Positions 51,380-60,535 of a stretch of 64,000 nt of DNA are shown here, piece by piece (within the stretch, counting starts at the first letter, position 1; each line of letters begins with the position of its first letter). This stretch comes from Dissulfurispiraceae bacterium (lineage in GTDB: Bacteria > Nitrospirota > Thermodesulfovibrionia > Thermodesulfovibrionales > Dissulfurispiraceae), in assembly GCA_052146665.1 (NCBI GenBank), contig JBKQMP010000011.1, positions 351-64,350 on the forward strand, read 5' to 3'. Below the pieces are notes generated by a model. The model was not told the origin of the DNA and searched no databases. It saw nothing but the letters and a program-made list of their open reading frames with translations. Both the position numbers and the translations under genes were made by a program.

Positions 51380-51708
51380 CGGAGTCTTTGGTACAAGAGG
51401 CCACCAATCTCAAATGTGGAGAGCTTGCTTGAAGCAATTGGCAGCGCTTCTTTCTCGGCCTTTTCAATGGTCTCTTCTTCAGGTATCCGTTTGTTTGTAA
51501 GGATAATCGCTGTAAGATTTTTTAGCGCCGCCACTGCGACGATATTGGGATGGGTCTGAAGGGTGATCCAAAGATTCCCTTCGTTTGCATTCGCCATAAC
51601 ATCTGACAGAAGGTCGCTCACATAGCACCCCGTAATCTCACGATCAAGATCTCCCTTTGATGTTTTTAGATCAAGAGACAGGCTGTTCACGACATCCCTA
51701 AAGGTCAT
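51373..51708 (-). CDS. DRTGG-domain protein
   Basis: 111 aa. The pattern VSDLLSDVM...LWITLQTHPNIVAVA......IILTN......T is as in DRTGG domains. 11-nt overlap with the upstream gene. Confidence 0.65.
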   Translation of the reverse strand: MTFRDVVNSLSLDLKTSKGDLDREITGCYVSDLLSDVMANANEGNLWITLQTHPNIVAVAALKNLTAIILTNKRIPEEETIEKAEKEALPIASSKLSTFEIGGLLYQRLRC

Positions 51709-52147
51709 ATAATCCCTCCTTGAAATTTACAATTATCTCCACAGTTGTTCCTTCACCGACGACTGATTCCACTTTGAAAGTATCGGCGTTCTTTTTCATG
51801 TTGGGCAACCCCATTCCGGCCCCCCAGCCCATCTCTCTTATCCAGTCAGGTGCGGTTGAATAACCCTCCTGCATCGCCAGCGCGATATCTGGTATGCCTG
51901 GCCCCATGTCGTCGATGGTGACTATCAAGTGGTCGGGCAGTATCTCGTAATACATGACCCCGGCAATTGCATGTATTATGACGTTCATCTCCGCCTCAAA
52001 AGTTGCGATTGCAGCCCTCCTGACAAGCTCAGGGGTAAGCGCAAGCTTAGTAAGGATGGATTTGAATTCACTGGATGCAGTGCCTGCATTCTTAAAATCG
52101 CCCCCTCTAATATGGAAACTGCCCGCAATCTTTCTTTCCATCATCAC
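51698..52147 (-). CDS. RsbW/SpoIIAB-like anti-sigma-type Ser/Thr kinase (GHKL ATPase)
   Basis: ATFEAEMNVIIHA (N box), DDMGPGI (G1), GAGMGLPNM (G2), 149 aa. Confidence 0.75.
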   Translation of the reverse strand: MMMERKIAGSFHIRGGDFKNAGTASSEFKSILTKLALTPELVRRAAIATFEAEMNVIIHAIAGVMYYEILPDHLIVTIDDMGPGIPDIALAMQEGYSTAPDWIREMGWGAGMGLPNMKKNADTFKVESVVGEGTTVEIIVNFKEGLYDL

Positions 52148-52500
52148 TAGTTCTCCGTACAGCTTCTGAGGCCTTCAACATACAATCTACCGCAGGCGGT
52201 AAACTTCGAGAGCTTTGTTACTATTAAAGGAACATCCTTGCGCCTCGCAAGCTCGATCACCTCTTCGTCTGGTCTTTTGTTGAGGACAAACACTATCGCC
52301 TTTATGTCGGCTATTTCCGCTGTTCTAACGACCTGAGTATTCGTGAGACCTGTGATGAGGATGGGGTTAGGCTTAATGGAAAAATGAAGCAGATCGCTCA
52401 TCAAGTCAGTATTGCATACGGAAAGAATTTCCAAACTTTCGTCCTTCGCATCAACTATCACTTCTGCCTCTAATATCTCTAAGATTCTCTTAAAAATCAT
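52147..52500 (-). CDS. DRTGG-domain protein
   Basis: DLMSDLL...ILITGLTNTQVVRTAE...IKAIVFV......E pattern. Start taken at MIFKRI (52500). Its stop overlaps the next start by 1 nt. Confidence 0.65.
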   Translation of the reverse strand: MIFKRILEILEAEVIVDAKDESLEILSVCNTDLMSDLLHFSIKPNPILITGLTNTQVVRTAEIADIKAIVFVLNKRPDEEVIELARRKDVPLIVTKLSKFTACGRLYVEGLRSCTEN

Positions 52501-52603
52501 GACCTCGCCCTGTGGCGCACCTCCCACCAAATGTCCTTAGCATTGTAGAATAGTTTATCCCCCTCCGGCCAACAAACAGACACATCACGTGTCGCTCCGC
52601 TAA

Positions 52604-54190
52604 CTATTGTGGCTGAATCGGGATTCTAACGAGAAAACTGGACCCCTTGCCCGGCTCGCTTGTGACTAATATCAGACCGCCATGTTTTTTGATTATGCCA
52701 AAGCTAACAGAAAGCCCCAGGCCCGTCCCTTGGCCACCTGTTTTAGTTGTGAAGAAGGGCTCAAAAATCCTATTAAGGTTTTCCTTCGGTATACCGGGAC
52801 CGGTGTCCGCAAATTCAATCTCGACATATTTCAAATCCGTCCCAGCTTCATCGAAGACACGCGTTGAAATTGAAATTCGACCGTTTTCTTTAATCGCATC
52901 AATCGCATTAATAAGGATATTCAGGAATACCTGCTGAATATGATCTGGCTCCAAAGCCACCAGTGGGACGGATTTATCAAGATCGAGGGAAAACTGTATA
53001 TTGTAAAAGTTGGCCTTGTTACTTATCATGGAAATGGCATTTGCTACTAACTGATTTATACTTACGGCGCTTTTTTCCGCCGTGATCTTGCGGGAAAAAC
53101 TCAGCAAGTCCTTTATGATTTCACCGCTTCTGCTAGCTTGTTCCATGATGACGCTAAGATACATTTCCTGGGTGCCTTCCGGCGGGCACCGCTTGAGCAT
53201 TAATTGTGCGGAGGCTTCAATATTTTCGAGCGGGCCGCTTAATTCATTAGCTACGCCTGCTGCTAACCTTCCAAGAGAAGCGAGTTTCTCTGCATTGATC
53301 AGCTGATCATGGGCTTTTATTATTTCAGCAGTCTTTCTCTGGATCTGCTCTTCCAGAGACTTTTTACTGTCTTCCATCTTTTCTCTATACTGTCTTATTT
53401 CAGCTGCCATGGAGTTGAATACTTTTGCAAGCATCCCTATTTCGTCATTGGATTGAACGGGTATGACGTGCTCTTTCTGTGTTGTCAGCTGTTGCATGCC
53501 TTCATTGAGGAGGGAAATAGGTTTTGAGACCAATTTGTAGAGTATAGCAAAGATGGAGAAGGATATGATGACAAGGAAAAGTCCACTAAATAACGCGAGA
53601 GTAAACCGGTTTTGTTGTATTATGGAGTCAACTGTAGTAGTGCTGAAATTTGTTTCAAGGATCCCGAGAATCCTCTTGTTTTGGGGATGATAATGGCAGG
53701 CACCGCTGGCACATGAAGGTTCATTGAAGAGGGGAGTGACAGACGTCAGGGTCCTGATTCCCTGTGCGTCCGTCGTGATTAGACAGTCCTGTGAACTCCG
53801 TATGGCGCTTAGAGGGTTCCTATTTTCCTTGTGGCATATCTGACATGACGCATGTCCTTTGTCAACGGAATGTCCGACGGCATCTTTTTTCGATGAGTAG
53901 ACGATTTTCCCAGTTTTGCTGTAAATCGTGACGTCTTTGATTCCCGAAGATTCACCGAAGAGCTTGGTTGTGTGTTCTATTACTTCGCGGTGGTCGGTGA
54001 GCATACCATACTGAATATTCCTTTTGATGATGTCCGCTGTTGCAGAAGCATATTGTATAAGGTTATTCATCATCACATCTTCTTCGTACCGGATGAATAT
54101 AAAGCCAAAGAGAAGGCTTCCCGTAACCATAATGGCGCCGACGGCGATAATGAGCTTACCGGCAACAGAGTTCACGAACTTTTTAATCAT
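52604..54190 (-). CDS. Membrane sensor histidine-kinase homologue (2 TM, periplasmic CxxCH domain, HAMP, HisKA-like, HATPase)
   Basis: TM1 about aa 12-34 and TM2 about aa 196-217, with CQICH and CASGACH between them. HAMP (NDEIGMLAKVFNSM). An H-box-like segment GRLAAGVANELSGPL with Asn where His is expected. N, G1, F and G2 boxes are intact. Confidence 0.9.
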   Translation of the reverse strand: MIKKFVNSVAGKLIIAVGAIMVTGSLLFGFIFIRYEEDVMMNNLIQYASATADIIKRNIQYGMLTDHREVIEHTTKLFGESSGIKDVTIYSKTGKIVYSSKKDAVGHSVDKGHASCQICHKENRNPLSAIRSSQDCLITTDAQGIRTLTSVTPLFNEPSCASGACHYHPQNKRILGILETNFSTTTVDSIIQQNRFTLALFSGLFLVIISFSIFAILYKLVSKPISLLNEGMQQLTTQKEHVIPVQSNDEIGMLAKVFNSMAAEIRQYREKMEDSKKSLEEQIQRKTAEIIKAHDQLINAEKLASLGRLAAGVANELSGPLENIEASAQLMLKRCPPEGTQEMYLSVIMEQASRSGEIIKDLLSFSRKITAEKSAVSINQLVANAISMISNKANFYNIQFSLDLDKSVPLVALEPDHIQQVFLNILINAIDAIKENGRISISTRVFDEAGTDLKYVEIEFADTGPGIPKENLNRIFEPFFTTKTGGQGTGLGLSVSFGIIKKHGGLILVTSEPGKGSSFLVRIPIQPQ

Positions 54191-54515
54191 AAGAATATTT
54201 TATCAAATTATTTCAAATAATTATAGTTTTGTCGTGGTTTTGTGAACAGCTGACAATTTCGCTCACGACTCAAAGACCTTAGAGGGAATCCGTTCCGAAC
54301 ATACCCCGGACGTGTCTGTTTTTTTACCACTAACGTTGCCAATGGCAAAGTGTTGGTGGAAATAGTGACATAAGATATGATTTTGGGTATACTTTATCAA
54401 TTGATCAAAAAGAGGCAGGGTAATTCGAATTAGGTTCAGCTCACTGCTACCTTGCAGAAGGAATTATGAGCTTTAGCTCCCTGTGTCGACAGGCTATGCC
54501 TTAAAGGAGGAAGTG

Positions 54516-55571
54516 ATGATACCGCTCTTGATAGCGTCATGCAGTGCCCATTCGGGCAAAACATTTATGACTCTGGGCCTAGGGCTTAATTTGAAGGCTA
54601 TGGGCTATCGAATTGGCTATGTGAAACCACTTGGTAAGACGCCCACCAAAAAGGGTGATATAGTCGTGGACCAAGATGCACTGTTGATGAAGGAGTCCCT
54701 TGGTCTGTCCGAACCACTCTCTGTTATCTCTCCTTTTGTATTTGATTACTTGACGCAATCTGCATTGCTGGAAGGTTCAGTTGAAAATGTGCAGGGCCGG
54801 GTTATTGAAGCCCTGAAGGCCTTTGGCGAAAAGACTATAGTGCTAATCACGGCCGGCCAAGACCTCTGTGAAGGAACGGCCCTTAACATAAGCGCCTTCG
54901 ATCTCATAGACACACTGAACGCGCGTGTTCTTCTTGTTGAGGCGTGGCGGGGGCCTCTGTCAATCGACGCAATGCTTGCTGCGTCTAAAATGACAAGGGG
55001 TCGGCTTATTGGCTGCGTACTAACCAAAGTCCCGGACAACCTGCTGCAGGATGTCAGGGAGAAGGTGAAACCCTACCTCGAAAAGAAAGGTTTGAAGATC
55101 TTTGGTATCTTTCCTCATGACAAGGTGCTTGAGTCCGTCACGGTCCGGCGCATTGTGGAAACCCTGAATGGGGGTGTTCTATGCGCTGAGGACAGGTTGG
55201 ATGAATTCGTGGAGAGATTTCTTGTAGGCGCTATGGATGCAGATACGGCGTTAAGCTATTTTATGATGACGCCTAACAAAGCGGTCATTACCGGAACACA
55301 CCGGCCTGACATACAACTCGTTGCCTTGGAAACCTCCACAAAATGTATTGTCCTCACAGGCGGGATGGAGCCAAATGACTTTATTGTGACAAAGGCACGT
55401 CAGAAAGGCATACCTCTGATCGTAGTGACCGGTGATACCTTCAGTATAGCGAACCGGTTGGAAGCACTCATGGGACGCACCGAGATCAGGGAGAAGATAA
55501 AGATTGCCCACGCAAATAACCTTTTCCTCAAGGAGTTCGATCTCGATAGATTCCTGGAAAACTTTTCCTAA
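54516..55571 (+). CDS. Pta-N-terminal-like protein (BioD/CobQ-like P-loop fold plus DRTGG domain)
   Basis: Start at ATG 54516, 5 nt after AAGGAGG. SAHSGKTFMTLGL...GYVKPLG, then a C-terminal DRTGG-type block AVITGTHRPDIQLVAL...CIVLTGG. Confidence 0.7.
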   Translation: MIPLLIASCSAHSGKTFMTLGLGLNLKAMGYRIGYVKPLGKTPTKKGDIVVDQDALLMKESLGLSEPLSVISPFVFDYLTQSALLEGSVENVQGRVIEALKAFGEKTIVLITAGQDLCEGTALNISAFDLIDTLNARVLLVEAWRGPLSIDAMLAASKMTRGRLIGCVLTKVPDNLLQDVREKVKPYLEKKGLKIFGIFPHDKVLESVTVRRIVETLNGGVLCAEDRLDEFVERFLVGAMDADTALSYFMMTPNKAVITGTHRPDIQLVALETSTKCIVLTGGMEPNDFIVTKARQKGIPLIVVTGDTFSIANRLEALMGRTEIREKIKIAHANNLFLKEFDLDRFLENFS

Positions 55572-55654
55572 ATGAAGTATACCGAACCGCCCTCTCAGCA
55601 GCCGATTCAGCGGGCAAACCGTATGTTACGCCCCTGGCCTGTGCCGAGGCGTAC

Positions 55655-55699
55655 TTGACCTAGGGTGATAAAAATTATAACATTAATTTATCACCCTAT
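55655..55699 (+). promoter_or_regulatory. Promoter-like hexamers embedded in a 12-bp perfect inverted repeat (candidate operator) upstream of nuoD
   Basis: TTGACC (55655-55660) and TATAAC (55676-55681), with a short 15-nt spacer. Arms TAGGGTGATAAA (55661-55672) and TTTATCACCCTA (55688-55699). Confidence 0.3.
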
Positions 55700-55902
55700 A
55701 AGGAGAGTTCTAAATTCTCCTTTGAAAATCAGTCTTCGGGCATCTGCAATAATCTTTCTAATAAGGAAGGGGGAGACATCAGTAATCGCCAGGCAGCTCC
55801 ACTCACGCTCGCTTCTTTTGAGTCAACCGTGTCGCCTATGAATTGGTTCTACAGGACTGAGCCGGTTAAGGGCAGAAGATTCCAAAAAGGCATGCTCTTC
55901 AG

Positions 55903-57111
55903 GTGTACTCGATGACATCTGCAGGGCCTTTCGATCTTAGTACGCGAGAACTCGTCATAAGTTTGGGGCCTCAGCACCCTGCGACGCACGGTGTGCTTAG
56001 GCTCATCCTGGAACTCGATGGCGAGACAGTCTTGAAGTGCACCCCCCATGTCGGTTTTCTGCACAGGGGTACCGAGAAACTCATAGAGAATCGAACATAC
56101 CTCTCCGCGTTACCTCTCACCGATAGACTTGACTACATCTCGAGCATGATAAACAATCAGGGATACTGTCTGGCGGTCGAGCGCCTTTTTGGCTTGGAGC
56201 CACCCGAGAGAGCACGCTATATCAGGACTATGGTCGCCGAGATGAGCCGGATTTCCAGTCATCTCCTCTGGCTCGCGACGCATGCGCTAGACATCGGCGC
56301 AATGACGGTATTCTTTTTTGCATTTAGAGAGCGGGAAAGAATTCTTGATCTTTTTGAGATGCTCAGCGGGGCTCGCCTGACAACATCTTATACAAGAATT
56401 GGCGGCGTGAAAAACGACGTTTCACAAGAATTCCTTGACATCCTCTATGCCTTCACTAAGGAATTCCCTGAAAAGATAGAAAACTATGAGACTCTCATTG
56501 ACAGGAACAGGGTCTGGCTTAAAAGAACAAAAGGTATAGGGCTTATCAGTGCTGAGGAGGCGATCAACTGGGGGTTGACCGGCCCTGTCCTACGGGGGTC
56601 TGGAGTGCCCTATGACGTAAGGAAGTATGACCCTTATGATGCTTATGATCGTATGTCTTTCGAGGTTCCTGTCGGCAGCGTTGGCGATGTCTATGACAGG
56701 TACCGCTGCAGGATGCTGGAAATGAGGCAGTCAAATAGCATTATTGTTCAGTGCATCGAAAACCTTCCTGATGGGGCTATATTGGCTCCAGACACGCCGA
56801 AATATATCCTGCCACCCAAAGAAGATGTCCTGATGACTTTAGAATCCATGATTCATCACTTTGTCTTGATCACTAAGGGTCCGATCAGTCCGCCATGGGG
56901 TGAGATCTACTCATCCGTAGAGGCTCCGAAAGGGGAGTTGGGATTCTACATAATCAGTGACGGTACGGGCAGGCCATACCGGATGAAGATACGTGCGCCT
57001 TCATTTGTGCATGCTTCGGTTCTACCGAGATTGTGCCAGGGCGGTCTTATCGCGGATGTGATCGCTAATATAGGCACCATTGATATCGTGTTAGGAGAGT
57101 GTGACCGTTAG
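55903..57111 (+). CDS. nuoD: NADH-quinone oxidoreductase subunit D
   Basis: [31 protein letters not shown], and C-terminus DIVLGECDR. No NiFe-type CxxC pairs. The start is uncertain (GTG 55903 or ATG 55912). Confidence 0.9.
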   Translation: MYSMTSAGPFDLSTRELVISLGPQHPATHGVLRLILELDGETVLKCTPHVGFLHRGTEKLIENRTYLSALPLTDRLDYISSMINNQGYCLAVERLFGLEPPERARYIRTMVAEMSRISSHLLWLATHALDIGAMTVFFFAFRERERILDLFEMLSGARLTTSYTRIGGVKNDVSQEFLDILYAFTKEFPEKIENYETLIDRNRVWLKRTKGIGLISAEEAINWGLTGPVLRGSGVPYDVRKYDPYDAYDRMSFEVPVGSVGDVYDRYRCRMLEMRQSNSIIVQCIENLPDGAILAPDTPKYILPPKEDVLMTLESMIHHFVLITKGPISPPWGEIYSSVEAPKGELGFYIISDGTGRPYRMKIRAPSFVHASVLPRLCQGGLIADVIANIGTIDIVLGECDR

Positions 57112-57167
57112 GGAGGGCATTGAACGCCGCATGAAAAATTGTGTGAGCTAAAGGACTTGGTGATACA

Positions 57168-57716
57168 GTGATAAAGTACCGGGAACGGGTAAGAAGTATT
57201 TTTTTTCTGGACATTCTTAAGGGCATGCTGTTAACCCTCAAAAGCCTTTTCAGCAGGCCTGTAACAAGGCAATATCCCGAAACAAAGAGATCAGTCCAAT
57301 CGGGCTATAGGGGACTACATGCTCTTACTAAACACCCTTCCACAGCTGAGGCAAGATGTGTGGGTTGCGGGCTGTGTGCCGCCGTCTGTCCATCACAGTG
57401 TATTCATATTCATACCACTGAAGGACCCGGGAATTCAAAAATAGTTGAGCGCTATGATATCGAGATTCTAAGATGTGTCTATTGCGGATTGTGCGTGGAG
57501 GCCTGTCCTTACGCAGCGATTGCGCTGACCGAGCATTATGAATACTCTGAGTTCAGTCGGGAGGCACTCTTTATGACCAGGGAGCGTTTGCTAGACAATT
57601 ACGATGCCTACATGGGACGTGAGAAGGACGAACAGTATTTCCTTTCGTATTGGCATCCGCGCCGTTCAGATTTTGGCATGCCTGAGGATCAACCGAAATT
57701 CCGGAAGCGCTCATAG
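57168..57716 (+). CDS. nuoI: NADH-quinone oxidoreductase subunit I
   Basis: Two ferredoxin motifs, CVGCGLCAAVCP and CVYCGLCVEACP. N-terminus ...TRQYPE typical of NuoI. Confidence 0.9.
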   Translation: MIKYRERVRSIFFLDILKGMLLTLKSLFSRPVTRQYPETKRSVQSGYRGLHALTKHPSTAEARCVGCGLCAAVCPSQCIHIHTTEGPGNSKIVERYDIEILRCVYCGLCVEACPYAAIALTEHYEYSEFSREALFMTRERLLDNYDAYMGREKDEQYFLSYWHPRRSDFGMPEDQPKFRKRS

Positions 57717-57958
57717 GGGCTTTCGCGCAGGTAGGAACAGCTCATTTAGTTCAAAAGAAGAGACTTTCAAGAAAGCAGACAGTGAAGCCTCAGGCCGCAG
57801 GGAGATCTTCAATTGGTCATTGAGGAATGGACGAATGTGTTAACTTCGATGGAGAAAGGACACTATCTCCAGCCAAAATGCGTGAAGCATGCTTTTTTGG
57901 AGAATTCTATTTTGAGGGTTAACTCACCTGTTTAGGCGCCAAACAGGCTCAGTCGATA

Positions 57959-58414
57959 CTATGCTCCATACCCGCCTGTAATATAATTCTCATACTCTTG
58001 AATGGTAAGATCCTGCTCAGAAATAATCTTTTTGGTCACATCCCCAAGTGTTATGATACCATCCAAAATACCGTGATCCAGGACAGGCAAATGGCGGATA
58101 CGTTTGGCCGTCATCAGCACCATGCATTGCTCCAACGTATTTTCAGGAGTTGCGTAAAACACTGTCCCGGTCATAAGTTCACCCACAGAGGTGTCTTTAG
58201 ACGCCTTCCCTTTCAAAATGACCTTTCTCGCATAATCGCGCTCGGTGAAAATCCCGATAAGTCTTTTGCTATGCAAACCAACATTCTCCATGACGAGCAA
58301 AGCGCCTATGTCTTTCTCGGCCATTAGTTCTAAGGCGCTATAAGCCGACGCCTCTGGTGCTATTGACCATACCGCCCTCCCTTTGCTTTTTAAGAGCTCT
58401 TTGACCGTTATCAT
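57959..58414 (-). CDS. CBS-pair domain protein
   Basis: Two CBS repeats (VKELL...IGALLV; LMTAKRIRHLPVLD...GIITLGDV), 151 aa. Confidence 0.85.
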   Translation of the reverse strand: MITVKELLKSKGRAVWSIAPEASAYSALELMAEKDIGALLVMENVGLHSKRLIGIFTERDYARKVILKGKASKDTSVGELMTGTVFYATPENTLEQCMVLMTAKRIRHLPVLDHGILDGIITLGDVTKKIISEQDLTIQEYENYITGGYGA

Positions 58415-58805
58415 AGCGTACCACCTTTTCTATACGTGCATATTTTTAGTAAAAATACGTAACAGAGCGTTGTGCGTCCATTCTCAATAGTTGCTTCGAG
58501 CATTTCTCATACGTATCCCTCAGTAGTAGAACTGAAAGGAATCCTCACACCAATATTAAGTATAGACGGATGCAAAGCAAAGGGGAACTTATTGTTTAAA
58601 GAATTCAACATAAGTACTATTCGAGCCCCGGCTATGGCCTCTTAAAACAATTCTGACCCTTAACGAGTTCAGGAATAATCCGCCTGTCACTACATAATAT
58701 CACAACAGACTTTATATGTCTATAATTTTTTTTAATGGCCTGAAGTGAAAAAGGCGAGTGAGCGAAGATATAGCTCGCCAAACTAATTGATTGACAAGAG
58801 AGCAG

Positions 58806-58882
58806 TGGTGCCCCCTGCAGGAGTCGAACCTGCGGCACCAGGTTTAGGAAACCTGTGCTCTATCCTACTGAGCTAAGGGGGC
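58806..58882 (-). tRNA. tRNA-Arg (anticodon CCT)
   Basis: The reverse complement folds as a cloverleaf. Acceptor GCCCCCT/AGGGGGC, D arm GCTC/GAGC, anticodon stem CAGGT/ACCTG with loop TTCCTAA, T arm GCAGG-TTCGACT-CCTGC, and an encoded ACCA end. 77 nt. Confidence 0.9.
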
Positions 58883-59292
58883 TCAACGGTTAGCGGGGTA
58901 TTCTAACATAAACGCGAGAAAAACGTGATAGACCGACAGACCTACGATGCCCTTCCCCGTTCGGTCCAACGCGTCTTCCATTCTAGAATGCTCACACCCC
59001 TCTTTGCCATGATCATGCTCCTCAATCACCCTTTGCTTTCCGCCACTATATTTATTTTACACCAACCTATAGAATCGGCAAACTAAAAGATAGAAAATCG
59101 ATCTTTCCGATATTCAAAGAGAAAGACGGTGAGAACACGCGCATCGTGACAACAAGACTGTTCTTTTTTAGAAGACTACTCCACAGATGAAACTCACGGA
59201 ATTCATCCTGAAAGTCACGCTATGATATCCTAGAAAAAGCATCGATCAGATCTAAATCAATGGAAGATGAGGGTTTTATTCGTCATTGAGAG

Positions 59293-59976
59293 CTAGTGAT
59301 TATATTCAGTCCCGCAGCCGCATGACTGACCTTTCGCTTTGTCAAACGCCTCCCGTCCTTCCTTAAACGATAAGATCGCTATACCGACCGCGCCAAGGGA
59401 ATCCAGCAGGCCAATACCAGTCACTTGATAGCCGACGCTTGCAATCAGAAGAACGATGGAAAGGTAAAGGCAGGTTCTAGAGCACGCGGCATCGGCAAGC
59501 AGCGCCTTGGAGTTGAACCGTCTAGCGATCTTTAACTTGTAGTGAATAAGCACACACATCGTGAGGATTGAAATGATTGCTACGATTATACCCCACATTG
59601 CAGTCCGCGGTTTATACCCCTTGTAAATATTGATCACGGAGGTGATTGTCAGACCTGCGCTGAGAACATAGAAGGCTGTTCCGGTCACTTTCAGGGCGGT
59701 TCTTTCGAATCTGTCGTGACGTTCATAGCTATTTTTTCGCATCCGCCTTATCATATGCCATATTCCGATGCCTGAAATCACCTCTACGAAAGAATCCACT
59801 CCGAAACCGAATAGGGCAACCGTTTCGCCTTCAACGCTAAATAAAACAGAAACTGCCCCCTCAAGGAAATTGTAATAAATAGTAATGAGGGCAAGAGCCG
59901 TTGCCCATCTGAAAAAAGTATAGTTCTCCTTAACTGGACTCAATAAAAGATTTTGCATTTTTTTATTCTGGGGCAT
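59293..59976 (-). CDS. Cation-diffusion-facilitator-like membrane protein (transmembrane domain only)
   Basis: Start taken at MPQNKK (59976), because the longer ORF would overlap the upstream gene. About six transmembrane helices. FGFGVDSFVEVIS and LLADAACS resemble CDF TM2/TM5 metal sites. No cytoplasmic CTD. Ends in ..SCGCGTEYNH. Confidence 0.6.
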   Translation of the reverse strand: MPQNKKMQNLLLSPVKENYTFFRWATALALITIYYNFLEGAVSVLFSVEGETVALFGFGVDSFVEVISGIGIWHMIRRMRKNSYERHDRFERTALKVTGTAFYVLSAGLTITSVINIYKGYKPRTAMWGIIVAIISILTMCVLIHYKLKIARRFNSKALLADAACSRTCLYLSIVLLIASVGYQVTGIGLLDSLGAVGIAILSFKEGREAFDKAKGQSCGCGTEYNH

Positions 59977-60082
59977 AATGCGAGAACTGACGCGCCTACG
60001 GAGGTCCCCCTTAACTCCGTACCGTAGGCCCGATGAGTTGCCGCGTCCGACGACTATCGAGCCCGCGGCTTCTACGAAGGCA

Positions 60083-60532
60083 TCACGTAACTGGGATCGC
60101 GACAAAGTCCTGTCTTCCCCTGTCCCACAGGTAGCCTTTGATCTCCTTGACCCGTTTTGCATAGACCGCCACCACGACATCCACTGCGTCGGGGAATTCG
60201 GGTTCTCCGAAGACGGTCTGAACGTCCTTGTCCGTCTGGGAGAAATAAGCGTCGCAGTTTATGTGGGAGTGGTAAAAGGCAATGACCTTCTCTCCAGCTA
60301 TTGCCGCATCCCTCATTATCCGCTCGGCTTCCTTCCGGTCCATGGCATAGGCCTCGCGACTTGTCCGTGGTTGTCTTTCAGGGTCCTTTGCGTGAAGTTC
60401 GTCCTGCTTGTTCTTGCATTGGTGGACACTCTGCACGTCCGCGGTTCCTGTTACGATACCGCAGCATTCCGCCGGATATTCGGCAATAGCATGTCTGCTG
60501 ATGACATCGACGGCTTTCTCGGTGAGCCGCAT
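60083..60532 (-). CDS. JAB/MPN (JAMM) metalloprotease, Mec-like
   Basis: AEYPAECCGIV (catalytic Glu region) and YHSHINCDAYFSQTD (HxH-x7-S-x2-D). Confidence 0.85.
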   Translation of the reverse strand: MRLTEKAVDVISRHAIAEYPAECCGIVTGTADVQSVHQCKNKQDELHAKDPERQPRTSREAYAMDRKEAERIMRDAAIAGEKVIAFYHSHINCDAYFSQTDKDVQTVFGEPEFPDAVDVVVAVYAKRVKEIKGYLWDRGRQDFVAIPVT

Positions 60533-60535
60533 GAC

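Noticed and set aside
55903-57111. Possibility that the NuoD homologue is a group 4 [NiFe]-hydrogenase large subunit
   Set aside because: The N-terminal RxCxxC and C-terminal DPCxxC Ni-Fe ligand pairs are absent. The sequence has QHPATHG and ends ..VLGECDR, like bona fide NuoD/Nqo4.
58415-59292. tRNA-Arg(CCT) as a possible integration hotspot; I looked for a duplicated tRNA 3' segment (att site) or an integrase nearby
   Set aside because: I saw no repeat of the TGGTGCCCCCTGCAGGAGTCGAACC segment in the flanks and no integrase or phage-like genes. The flanks are simply AT-rich non-coding DNA.
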